The translations under genes and the position numbers were made by a program. This document shows, piece by piece, positions 39,529 to 51,480 of a stretch of 64,000 nt of DNA; the first letter of the stretch is position 1, and every line of letters starts with the position of its first letter. The stretch is from Octopus bimaculoides (Eukaryota), in NCBI RefSeq assembly GCF_001194135.2, contig NC_068984.1, positions 30,872,678-30,936,677 of the forward strand, given 5' to 3'. The notes under the pieces were generated by a model. That model was not told the origin of the DNA. It searched no databases and saw nothing but the letters and a program-made list of their open reading frames with translations.

Positions 39529-39566
39529 TCTTTCTGTGGAAGAGCGTAGGCTTGAAATGTTAAAGA
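39529..39566 (+). ncRNA. Degenerate minimal type I hammerhead-ribozyme-like motif (PLE-type)
   Basis: tcttt-CTGTGGA-a-gagc-gtag-gctt-GAAA-tgtt-aaaga. Stem I tcttt/aaaga; stem II gagc/gctt; core variant of CUGANGA; GAAA followed by a CpG-decayed (a)acgtt palindrome. Confidence 0.42.
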
Positions 39567-40319
39567 CTTTTTCACTTCCCGAGCATTATACTAATACATC
39601 TGTTTGTTGTATACACCACCTGTCTTTGTCTTTTGTTCTTCTTTTTTCTTTTGTGCATTCTCTCCATTTTGAAGCTCTCTGACCATATATTGTCTCTCAT
39701 TAGCCCTGCTCTAATGACTCTCCTATTCTGTGACACAAAAGTCACAAGCCATGGCTCAATATCTAATGTCTGTTACTGGGATGCTGACATTTCTTTAACT
39801 CACATACTGGATCATAGAGGTATAGTCAGAGTTACGTCTAACAATTTTAGTCAGTGCTTTGGCTTCATCTTATTTTTAAACTTATATCAGAAAGTACCAT
39901 AACTTTTGCCTCCTTCAGTTGAGATAATTTTTTCCAGCATGCCCTGGAGAGCTTGATATACTTGAAGTGAGGGGAACATTTATTCACTTCCAACTATTTA
40001 TGAGTTGAGATATATAATTTTCTTCTTTGCTCTCTCTGAGATTAGTTCCTGTGGCAAAAAAAATGTTGTTTGGCTTTACAACATTCTTCCATCTCAATGT
40101 TTTTTTTTTGTTTTTTTTTTAACTGTGATAGATCAAAATGTTCTATCTGGTCATTTCATATTGAAGGAAAGTTTTACATCATACAGCTGCTGCATAAATA
40201 GTCAACAGTATTTGGAATCCTGTAAGGGCCACTGCTGCTATTGCTGTTATCCTTATTGTTGCTGTGAAGGAGTACTGCTTGCATATTCAGTAGCATGAAT
40301 GCTTAATGACATTTCCTCC

Positions 40320-40480
40320 ATCTTTTCATTCTGAGTTCAAATCCTGCTACAGCTGACATTGCCCTTCATCGTTTTGGGGTTGTTGAAATAAGTATCTGTT
40401 GGATACTAGGGTCAATGTAATTAACTAACACCTTCCCTACAAATTGCAGGCTTTGTGCTTATCATTGAAAGGACTATTAT
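40320..40480 (+). mobile_element. Degenerate CORE-type SINE
   Basis: ctgagttcaaatcctgctacagctgacattgcccttcatcgttttggggttgttgaaataagta. Confidence 0.6.
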
Positions 40481-41159
40481 TGCTGCTGCTGTCTTCCAAA
40501 TAAAATATTTAACTATTTGGAATATATTCTTCAATTAATTGCTCATCATACTCTTCATGTTCTTATTTTTTGTATATATTTACTTATTTCTTTGCTTCCA
40601 TTTGGTGTTGCTTCTTAACCACTCTAGTTTCTTGTTTGTATTGCATAATTATAGGTGGTAGCCATTTTGGATGTAAAACTGAAATGTATGTAAATATAAT
40701 TTTAAAAGTTTGCATTCTGTACTTTAATACCAGATACTGAGGGCAGCTCCTTCTAAGACAGTTACAGTTCTCTAACAAGTATCATCATGAACATCATTTA
40801 ACATTCACTTTCCATGCTGACATGAATAGAACAGTTTCGCATGGAACCAGTGAGCTGCAGGTTTGTGTCTAGTTGCAATGTCATTTTAGGCACAGCTGGA
40901 TATCCTTCAGGAACCACTTTACTGGGTGCTTTTTGCATACCACCAGCACTAGTGAGATAGCTATATAACTAGCTAGAGAGAAAAGAAAAAGGAAAGAGAA
41001 AGGAAGAGAGGAAAAGCTCCCACTATTAAGAAGTACTCTAAAACAATTTCATTTGGAAGTTTAAATAAAACTTCCAAATAAATAAAACAAACTTCAAAGG
41101 GAGAAGCAAAAATAATATCTTCAAATATAATAAGTACAATAATAATAATGGTTTCAAAT

Positions 41160-41400
41160 AATGGTTTGAAGGTGGTGAGCTGGCAGAAATGATAGCATGC
41201 CAGGCGAAATGCTTAGTGGCATTTCGTCTGCAGCTATGTTCTGAGTTCATATTCTGCTGAGGTCAACTTTGCCTTTCATCCTTTCGTGGCCGATTACATA
41301 AATACCAGTTACGCACTGGGGTTGATATAATCAACTTAACCCATTTGTCTGTCCTTGTTTGTCTCCTCTGTGTGTAACCCCTTGTAGACAGTAAAGAAAT
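41160..41400 (+). mobile_element. CORE-type tRNA SINE
   Basis: ggtggtgagctggcagaaatgatagcatgccaggcgaaatgc...gagttcatattc...gtcaactttgcctttcatcctttcg...gtaaagaaat; same family as 26845-27058. Confidence 0.85.
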
Positions 41401-41401
41401 A

Positions 41402-41633
41402 ATAATGGCTTCAAATTTTGGCACAAAGTTAGCAAGCTCAGAGAAAGGGTTAAGTCAATTACATTGATCCCAGTGCTCAACAGATTTGTATTTTACTGAC
41501 CCTGAAAGGACCCTGAAAGGACCCTGAAAGGATGAAAGGCAAAGTCAACCTTGACAGAATTTGAACTTTGATTGTAAAGATTGATGAAATGGTGATAAGT
41601 ATTTTGTCTTGTGAGCTAACAATTTCACCAGGT
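41402..41633 (-). mobile_element. CORE-type SINE, opposite strand, with an 11-bp unit repeated three times
   Basis: Reverse complement of gagttcaaattctgtcaaggttgactttgcctttcatcc at ~41530-41570; gaccctgaaag x3 at 41498-41530. Confidence 0.7.
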
Positions 41634-41787
41634 GGTTGGCGTTAGGAAGGGCATCCAGCTGTAGAAACTCTGCCAAATCAGACTGGAGCCTGGTGTTGCC
41701 ATCCGGTTTCACCAGTCCTCAGTCAAATCGTCCAACCCATGCTAGCATGGAAAGCGGACGTTAAACGATGATGATGATGATGATGAT
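41634..41787 (+). mobile_element. Short, well-conserved RTE 3' terminus with (GAT)n tail
   Basis: ggttggcgttaggaagggcatccagctgtagaaactctgccaaatcag...gcggacgttaaacgatgatgatg. Confidence 0.85.
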
Positions 41788-41844
41788 TGCCTGAATGATA
41801 ATGATATTAATAATAGTAATAAGGATGGACTCTCTCTATGAAGA

Positions 41845-42098
41845 TGATGTATGTGTGTTTAGCTTTTGTCAAACGACCAACACAAATGATTTTTTTAATG
41901 GTGATCGAATGTATGTGTTGTACATTAGCTCACTCCCTCCATCAAATCGATGTTGTGAATAAGTGAAAGGTGTACCAAACATCAGGTGCCAAAGTGGTTG
42001 ATCGCAGAGCAATGTGTTTTGCTCAAGAACACACCAACCGGTCTAGGAATTGAAATCACGATCACTAGATCATGAGGACAACATCCTAACCATTAGGC
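41845..42098 (-). mobile_element. tRNA-derived SINE (third family)
   Basis: Minus strand starts tggcctaatggttaggatg (box A) and continues gatttcaattcctagaccgg (box B-like) and tgtgttcttgagcaaaacac. Confidence 0.7.
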
Positions 42099-42324
42099 CA
42101 GTAATAATGATGATGATGATGATGATAATCTAGACACAAAGCCAGCAGTTGCAGAGAAAAGAGAATAGTTTATTATATTAGTCCCCTGCAATTGATATGG
42201 ACTTCTTTTTATCAACCCTGTAGGGAACAAAGGCAAACTGTCTTTGGCAGGATTCAGATTCAGAACAAATGCCACAAGACAATTTTCTCATGCACTAAGT
42301 GAATCTGTCATTCTCATCATTACC

Positions 42325-42910
42325 ACCATCATCATCATCATCATTATCATCATCATCATCATTATAATCATCGTTTAACGTTCGTTTTCCATGCTGGTAT
42401 GGATTGGATGGTTTGACTGAGGACTAACATGCCAGAAGTCTGTAACAGGCTCCAGTCTGATCTGGCAAGGTTTCTACAGCTGACTGTCCTTCCTAACGCC
42501 AACCAATCTGAGAGTGTAGTGGGTGCTTTTTATGTACCACTGGCATGGGAGCTAGTCAGGTGGCACTGGCACTGATTACATTTGTCTCGTGCTTTTTACA
42601 TTCCACTGGCATCAGTCACGTTCGGATGGTGCTTTTTACATGCTACCAGCATGGGAGCCAGTTATAGAGCACTGGCATTGACCATGTTCGGATGGTGCTT
42701 TTTACGTGCCACCAGCATGGGGAGCCAGTCAGGTGGCACTGGCATTGACCCATGCTTGAATGGGGCTTATTACATGCCACCAGCATGGGTGCCAGTCAGG
42801 CGGCACTGGCATCAGCCACAACTACAATTTCACCAAGTCAACAAGTCTTCTCAAGCACAGCATCTCACCTGATGATCCAAGGATACTTTTTAAATAGGCT
42901 GGTTATGTGA
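42325..42910 (-). mobile_element. RTE 3' UTR copy with five tandem hairpin units
   Basis: (CAT)n tail, conserved terminus, then units starting near 42522, 42588, 42628, 42693 and 42762. Confidence 0.75.
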
Positions 42911-43147
42911 TCCTGTGATCTCAATACTGTTGTCATAAGAATGTTTTTAATTCAGGTACAATGCCAGAAACTTTTGTGTGTAGTGGTTAAGTTGCAACAA
43001 TCAACCCCTGCAAAATTGATTGTTAGTTTCTTTTATTGGCCCTAGAATGATGTAAAACAAAGTTGATCTTGCTAGGTTTTGAACTCAGAACATTAAGAAC
43101 CAAGGCTTTTTGTCTGATGTTTTATTGATTTTGCCAATCCACTGTCA

Positions 43148-43438
43148 TAATGATGATGATGATGATGATGATAGTGGTGGTGGTGGTGGTGGTGGTGGTG
43201 GTGGTGGTGGTGGTGNNNNNNNNNNNNNNNNNNNNNNNNNNNNNNNNNNNNNNNNNNNNNNNNNNNNNNNNNNNNNTGATGATATTGGTGGTGATGATGC
43301 CGACAACATCAGGCAATGGTGGTGGTGGTGGTGGTGGTGGTGGTGGTGGTGGTGGTGGTGGTGGTAGTGTTGGTGATGAAAATGATAGAGATGGTGGGAT
43401 GAGGATGCTTATGTCAGTGTTAGTGGTGGTAGTAATGG

Positions 43439-43485
<47 letters not shown>

Positions 43486-43709
43486 AACAAATAGAAAATG
43501 CCAAATCTTATCACAGCAAGCATGAATTAATAACAAAATATTTGCTGCTTTCGAAATATGCAAACACATTCCATTTGTTCTATAGTCATAACTGTGTACA
43601 AACATATCAACAAGCCCTGTTGCACAAAAGTATACATTTAAATAAATCATACGGGAATGCAACACACACACACGCAAAGACACACACACACACACACACC
43701 ATCATTATT

Positions 43710-43754
<45 letters not shown>

Positions 43755-43755
43755 T
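43148..43755. repeat. (GAT)n/(GGT)n/(CA)n/(CAT)n microsatellite cluster with an N gap
   Basis: Seen directly. Confidence 0.95.
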
Positions 43756-44721
43756 TTATCAACAAGTAATGGTTTGCCTTTGACTCTTGTAGAAATCTGC
43801 ATTCATTAGTGCACCTGTCTACAGATTCCTTTCCCAACTGTCATTCTACATTTGCAATGCAAGATGTGATTTCAAATATTTACGCTTAAATATGTCTTCA
43901 CATTTCAGTACATGAGAGAGCTTGCTCTGGTATGTAACCCTCTCCAAGGAAATCAATTTGCACAGCTTCTTCACTAATAACTTACATATATAAATATTCC
44001 TGAATTCCCAGTGCAATTATTGCATATAATTATGTGTTTTATTACATGTATTATTCTGGCTATGTTGTCTGTTTGATATAGTTTACAAATAAAAGAAGTG
44101 TTAGAAAAGATGCACTCACAGACAGCTTACTCCGGTCAAACCTACCTCATAGTATGTGGTTGTAACTTATTTTCTAAATAAGCAGAAGCATAAGACCTTA
44201 GAGGATAGTGAGCAAGGATTGTATGAATTTAATATCTGTCTTAAAATGTATTTGATAATTTGTTTCACATATAGAGTGTAACATTTCAATTTTAATATGT
44301 GTATGTGTATTTAAAATCTGAAATATTGTCCAAATTTAATTATTGAAATTGGTTTAATATTCTCCTTATTAATTTGTGTTATATGACATCTTCCTCTAAT
44401 GTTTGGAGTTATAATACACCTGGAGCTAATTTCAACTATCGTCTCATCAAGGTTAATAAAACTAGCGAACTGGTAGCACGAATATTGTTAACTAAATGCG
44501 TTCAACTGTACTTTAGATATATTTAAGAATAACACACACACACACCAGAAAACCAGACATGACTGCATGGTTAAAAATTTCACTTTACAACAAGATAGTT
44601 TTGGGTTCTGTCCCTCTGTGTAGCTGCTAAAAATATGACATGAGGCTGTTGGGGCCTGTCTGCATAGGCATTGATAGTTGGTAGCCCTGTCCTTGGTTAC
44701 AAATATTACATTTGAATAATA

Positions 44722-44935
44722 AGATGGTGAGCTGGCAGAATCATTAGCATGCGAGACAAGATGATTAGCAGCATTTCATCTGTCTTTACATTCTGAGTTC
44801 AAATTCTGTTGATGTCGACTTTGCCTTTCATCCTTCAGGGGTCGATAAAATAAGTAGTAGTAGAACACTGGGGTCGATTTGATTGACTCAGCCCCTCTCC
44901 CAAACTCTCTAGTCTTTTGCCAAAAATTTGAAACC
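44722..44935 (+). mobile_element. CORE-type tRNA SINE
   Basis: gatggtgagctggcagaatcattagc...ctgagttcaaattctgttgatgtcgactttgcctttcatccttcaggggtcgataaaataagta. Confidence 0.8.
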
Positions 44936-45169
44936 AATATTACATTCAAACGAACTACTGAAAGCCAGATTGACATACTGAATTAGTTTGCTACAGCATG
45001 GAAAAATCCTGTAGCCAAAAATGAAACTTTCATCTTGACAAAAAACTGTAGGCTTATTACGTTCCTAAATATCATGTTCAAGCTTTACACAAGCCATCTT
45101 AACTAGTCCTTTGAAGATCACAGAAGATCAATAATGTAGTGACTAATGAGCAAACAAGGGGAAAGAATG

Positions 45170-45400
45170 ACGTGTAGGGATTATTAACCATAGTTCACTT
45201 CCTGTGTTCCTAACACTTCAACCAAGAAGGTGAAAGCTTCAGTGAAGGAGTTTTTTGTCTCAAAGTACAGGAACTGGTATCAGCTTGGGATCAAAGAACT
45301 GGAAGAAAAGTTGCTTCAAACAGTGCAACACAATGTCCTAAACATTGAATGCTTAACTGCTCTTGTAACTTGATGAATCAAGCAAATAAGTTACAATATA
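45170..45400 (+). mobile_element. Mariner transposase C-terminal remnant
   Basis: KVKASVKEFFVSKYRNWYQLGIKELEEKLLQTVQHN matches the mariner tail pattern FF.SK...Y..GI..L..RW..V; TIRs not recognised. Confidence 0.55.
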
Positions 45401-46671
45401 TATGTGTGTCTGTTTTGGGGCATAATCTTAATTTTTAATTAAAATTCAATTCAAATCAATAATAGATCAAGAGTCTTACAGAGACTATCGTATATATAAA
45501 TCATTTATGAGTTAAAGACTTTAGTTTTGTGCACAGACATGAACTTTGTTTATCATAATTACTAATAAAAAATGTCTGAATAGTTCGTGTCAACTGAAAG
45601 GAAGAGTGTGTCTGTACATAAATATAAGAATGGTAATAAATCATTTAGCTATCTTAAGTATTATCTACCACGAATAATCAGTACAACGGAGGTAGATCTT
45701 TGACTAAACAGTTGGTCTATAATATCAAGGGCTTTATGGAGTATGTTGTGTTGAGCCAGGTTGTTTAGGCATATACAGTACTCAGTTATCAAAGTAGTCC
45801 TTTCACATACATCCTAAAAATGGTGCTATTTCTCTTAGCAAGATATAACAAACATAATAACACGAGAACCTTAAAGACTGAGACAATTTCGTAACCAACA
45901 TCATTGAACCAACCTTAGACATGAGTAAATGGGAAAATATGAGAGAATTCAGCTGAGACTATACAAACTACCAAGTTACTTAACACTTTCCAGACTCCAG
46001 AGAATTAGTTATTTAAGCATTAAGTACTTTCTTTGACTTTATAGTCACATGACCTCGTGAATGTTGTAGTAAGCTGCTGCACCAAGGGAAAGGTATAGTT
46101 ACACAACTTGTAGTGTTATGAAAACTCAAAATATGTCAGTCATTTAGCCAACACTACATTTGATAATGCAACTTTAGAGTTTTCACTAATTAGCAAGTAT
46201 TTACTTGTATCTGTGGGGGGAAATATCTAGAATGGTAGAATAATTTTAAATATCTGACCTATTCATTTCCAAACTCATACAATAACTGTGGCATAGTGCT
46301 TACGAGTGTTGAAATTCAGAATTGTAACCCAGCTTGAGGACAGATTTATATTTAGAAAACAACACCTGTAACCGACCAGTGAATGAATCGGTTTAATGAA
46401 GTGTATTGTCCAAAAAGGATACAAAAGATGAGGTTAATAGTTCAAAAATGCTAATGTTATTTTTGCAACAGCACAGCTAATGATTTTAGATATAATTTAC
46501 AATGTTGTACAATGTGTGTATGGGTATGTGCCATGTGTGAGTGTGTGAGAGGGTTTAGTCATGAGGAAAAAAGAATGCTTAGGTTTAATTAAGTGGTATG
46601 TAAGGAACACAGATCTAACAAAGCAATAATTTCCTCCCTACAGGGGAAATATAACTTTAGAATTTGTGTAA

Positions 46672-47095
46672 GTATAGCTGTGTGGTTAAGAATCTCAATT
46701 TGAAGCTTCTTGTCTTTCAGTTTGATCCCACTGGACAACAAGTCACCATTGGAAAGTAACTTCTGCAATAGCCTTGGATTAACCAGTGATTAGTGTGTGG
46801 CATTTGGTAAACGGATGCACAACAGAAATACACATACATACACGGACAAGCATGCATATACATATATAAACATGCATATTCATGCACACACAGACACATA
46901 AATGTATATATATGCATCTACAAAGAGATATATTCAATTTCTCTCTACTAAATCTACTCACAAGTCTTTGGTCAGCCCTGGGCAATAGTAGAAGACACTT
47001 GCTGAAGGTACTACATATGGGGATTGAACCTAAAACCACCTGGGCAGAAAGCAACAAGTATGGTTGTGCAATTCTTAACTACATAGCCATGCCTG
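46672..47095. mobile_element. Two degenerate tRNA-SINE 5' halves in convergent orientation sharing a central CA/TA repeat
   Basis: Plus copy from tatagctgtgtggttaag (46672); minus copy with agtagaagacacttg...ggattgaacc...actacatagcc (46920-47095); same family as 20556-20968. Confidence 0.55.
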
Positions 47096-49329
47096 TTTCT
47101 ATAGTAATTTTTGCAGATAAGTTTTTGCATGCTTCATTTATTGAAAGACAGTACTTGTTAAACTATAGTTACAAATGGTTCTATCATCTGAGTGCAGGAA
47201 AAACGGTATTTTTGCTAACCAATCGGTTAGAGGAAGATGGGTACCTACATGCCAGTTGAGTGGTTCTTTTAATATCTGGATGAGATTAAAGTATCTGGCT
47301 ACAACATTTGGTTATATGAGTCTTTTCTATGAGTCTTTTCTATATTCTCTAACATACACTTTCTATCGGTTTGTTGGTTCATATATTACATTGCCAGAAA
47401 TTTAACAGGCATTAAAATAGTTCTTGTGTATCAAGATTATTGTCCTAAGACTTGATAGATGCATCAAGCTCATGTTATTCCGTAACAATATATTTGATTC
47501 TCAGTTTAATAAAGCTCCTTACAAAATATTTCTTCCTTCACTAATATTAAAACAGATGATACAAATAATTATTTGCCTTTTGCAGAATTTTCTGCAGCCC
47601 ACTTGAATATATCTTACAAATTTGGAAGTAAATGAAATTAGTTCCAAGTTATAATTGTCTTTCCTTTGTTGTGTTAATTAACATCATTACCTGACCCAAT
47701 AATGTGACAGAAATCAAATTTGCAAGCAAAAGAGTCATTCTCTTTATTTTTGATAATAACCCTATTTTAAATCAATTCAAAGAATTTAGAACATCAGCAA
47801 CTGATGAGATAAAACCAATCTCTGTCTTCCTTGAATTCACAATGTGATGAATCAAAATAAACCGATGGTCTTTAATTTAAAATTTCTTTGTGTATTTTTG
47901 TCATCTTCTAAGGAATCTAGAATTTCAACTCTATCTACTGCTATCAATATGCTTATTTTAAATTAGCCCTAAGCAACTACATAATCAGTAATCTGCTTAT
48001 CCTAAGGTGATTGTTAATTATTAAGAGCAGGGAAGCTTTCAAGTCTCTATTTTGGATACTCGCCTTCTGCAATTTTGGTTAATAAATAAAATTTTTGCTT
48101 TCATTTTTCACTTGAAATGATGTATTGGTGCTAATTCATTGTTCCCTCCCAGTTTTTCATAACTGATCTCTTCCTTCAACTATGCTAGAAGGCTTCGTTG
48201 TCTTCCTTCTATTTTGAATAATTTCTATAACTTTCATAGATTTGCCTGTGTTCAATCAATGTTAAGAAACATTGTGGTTGGCTTAGATTACGAACGTCCC
48301 TGAAGAATGTATATCCCTGTGTTAAACAAAGCATCAATAATCATGGAAGTTGATAATGAAATATTTTGATATTATCAAATTAGCTGACACAAAGATCCTT
48401 CAATTGCAAATATTTCTTACAAAGTGTTCCTGCTAAAATGTGCAGAAAATTTGCCATACTGCATTTTATTATAGCTTGTCTAAAACTTACTTTAAACATG
48501 AATACCAGATGAGCAGGTATTATAACTTTTCAGCAATATGTAGGAATATTTATGCTATTATTCTTTATTAGTGAATGAAGTGACTGTGTTTCATTCTATG
48601 GAGAAGACAATACATAACTTCACAACTCTAAATGTTTCATAAGAAAAAAAAACCAATAATATAACGGACCAGAATATAGGATAAGATGATTACTGATTGT
48701 CTAAAATGAACTAGCAAGGGAGACATGCTGCAGTTGTTAGACTTGCTATAAAATGCAGTCAAAATTATATTTCAAATCATACACTACCAGTCATCTAGTA
48801 TAAAAAAAGAATACAACAAATAGTGTAGTCTCTGATAGGCAAAACATTGTGTAGGTCAAAGCTTATGAATCAAGGTTGATATTAAGCTGAATAGCAAAAA
48901 CAACACACTTTTGTTCTTTCTTTTGATTTTATTACCTTATAATTTATATTCATTGGGAAGATAAAATTCTATTTCTTGTTTAATTAGCTGATAGTTCCTC
49001 GCAGGTGAGACCAATATAAAATATAGGTGGTGAGGCCAATGTTAAGAATGAAAGCTAAATAACAAGTGAAATGTTTTCTAGTAGTAAGAAGGTAAATGAT
49101 ATCAAGGAAGAATTGGTAAAGTATTCTGTTCTGCCCTCTTTAAATTACTGCAGCAGAATAGTGCAGTTAGAAAGAAGATTAGTGGAGAGGGGAATATCTT
49201 TGGGGGGGGGGGGGAAATAGCAGAGAGGTGGACAGTTGCACAAACACACTCACACACTCATTTTCTTTAAAGCATTCGCTTGTTACAAGATCCTTAGACC
49301 ACTGGAAATGTAAAAGATACTAGAATAAA

Positions 49330-51480
49330 ATGGATGCTAGAGAGAAGTCAATAGGTGACAATGTACATTAGACTTAAAAGACTGGAGGTCATGTTGAAGA
49401 GGAAAACAAGACTGCTGAAGGGAATTCCAAAGTCCAGAGGTGCAAGGGAAGAAACTAGTACTGTAAAATGATTTATGACACTTAGGAGGTTGCACAGTAT
49501 ACTGATGAGAACTGGATGACAAGTCCAGTTGATCGATGATACGTTCTTAAAGGGGGAACCAAAGAAAAGAGCTCAGCTGAACAATATCCATGAAAGTACT
49601 TATAGAAAAGAGACAAGGAAGCCATGTGTAACCGATTTTAATTCTTAGTCCAATATTTCATAGATTTTATCTATTATACATCCTCCCTTGGATTTTTTAG
49701 ATTTTTAAACTAGTTTTGTACAGTACACTTTTCTTGATGGTGTCTGACCTCCTTCTTCGTGCAAGTTGCACCATGGTGGTTCTTCTCTAAATTATTAATA
49801 TATATATATATATAAACGAAGGGCTTTTTTTTAGTTTCTATCTACCAAATCCACCCACAAGACTTTTGTTGGCCTGAGTCTATAGTAGAAGACACTCAAC
49901 CAAGGTGTGATGCTGTAGGACTGAACCCCGGAACCATGTGGTTGGGAAGCAAGCTTCTTACCACAGAGCCATGTCTGCACCTATACACATGCATATATAC
50001 ATATATGCATATATATATATATATATATANNNNNNNNNNNNNNNNNNNNNNNNNNNNNNNNNNNNNNNNNNNNNNNNNNNNNNNNNNNNNNNNNNNNNNN
50101 NNNNNNNNNNNNNNNNNNNNNNNNNNNNNNNNNNNNNNNNNNNNNNNNNNNNNNNNNNNATATATATATATATATAACATCAAGATATATATATGTAGCT
50201 CATATTCATCTGAGGTAGGCATTCCTATAAAACTTTGTTCAAAGTTTTACCTATGCAGGTGGATGAAGTGAACTGAGGATTCGAGTGTTAGTGCTTCTTA
50301 AGATATATAATAGGTGAGGGATCATAAGACCTTAGGGCACATGACAGCAGAGATTTCTTTGAAATACAATATGACTATAGTTCTGGTATCATTTAAATTT
50401 AGAATGACCATCCTACAATTTAAAGGAATAGATAATTTCATATAATTAGTGGTAGAAGTTTTCTTCAAATGATTAGAATTGTTAAATTCTCTAAGATGAA
50501 TTCATTCCAAAAAGACCACCCCAGGATTTTCTCTAGGATAAAATTCTCAACATCTGCATATTTTTTCAGATAAAACCAGGAACTTGTACTCTCTCCTGCT
50601 TGATATGTATTCTAATTTCGTATCCAAGGTACAAGTGGAAATTCTAGATACACACATAGGAATGCTCTGATGGATATCAATGACCTCCACTGTAAGCTGA
50701 TGGCAGACTTCAGGTTACTAGAGAAAAAATGATAACTGTTTCTGTTGCCTTTGAGATGTTAAAAGAAAGGTTGATAAACCAGAGAAGTTATGTTTCTTTG
50801 GAATGGCTATAAGTATTCAAAATAAAATGTGTTCAGGAATTGGAGTTGTACATGAAATGGTGCGTTGCTTTCCTGATAATTGTCTTGCAATTGTTGCAAA
50901 AGTGCAATAGTAAATACATAACACACAGTGTGTGATGGTGCATAAATATCTAAAAGTACTGTAAGCAGTCTTTTATGTACAGCTGCAACACCACTGTAAG
51001 TCAAACCACTTGGGAGAATTAGCTTGGAGTGGGAGGGTTGTCGATTTTATTTGTGTGAGACATGTTAAGTTAATTATTTTAGTCGTGAGGAAGAGGCAGT
51101 GACCATGACCTATACAGGCCTTCGTAGACTGGTGAGAAAATCACCATTAATATCCAAGTTACATAGTGGCACATTATTGGCTGCAAGACAGACATTTGCA
51201 GGTGTGGAATTCCATCAGCTGGCTTTTTAGCTATGCATAAGGGCTAGTGTGAGGGTTGAAGTGATAGTGGTAGATACAATATGGTTGATAATAACTGGCT
51301 GAGTTATGAGTGTGTGAGAGGAGAGAGTATGAAACTAGTCTGCTATGAGAAACAGAGTTCATCATGGTAGTGAAATAAATGACATTCTAGGTTGTTTGGG
51401 CTTGTAGCAGCAACTGCAGCACCATTCTAGATGCTGAGTTTTATAAAGGGTTAATAAATGATGGAGACAGAAGTGTTTTC
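49330..51480 (-). mobile_element. Long decayed CR1/L2/Jockey-group LINE, interrupted by a SINE and an N gap
   Basis: 3' end reads VASLSLFYKYFHGYCSAELFSLVP...HQYTVQPPKCHKSFYSTSFFPCTSGLWNSL..CFP..DLQSFKSNV (49337-49640). Upstream traces are SLISIRAF (LDISKAF-like, ~50665) and SPKWFD..C (~51010). Confidence 0.55.
49835..50010 (-). mobile_element. tRNA-SINE 5' half (family of 20556-20968)
   Basis: Reverse complement reads ggctctgtggtaagaagcttgcttcccaaccacatggttccggggttcagtcc...agtgtcttctactataga. Confidence 0.8.

Noticed and set aside
42500-42830. Regularly spaced palindromic units resembling a CRISPR array
   Set aside because: Units are contiguous degenerate tandem repeats without unique spacers, lie in a LINE 3' UTR, and no cas genes are present in this eukaryotic context.
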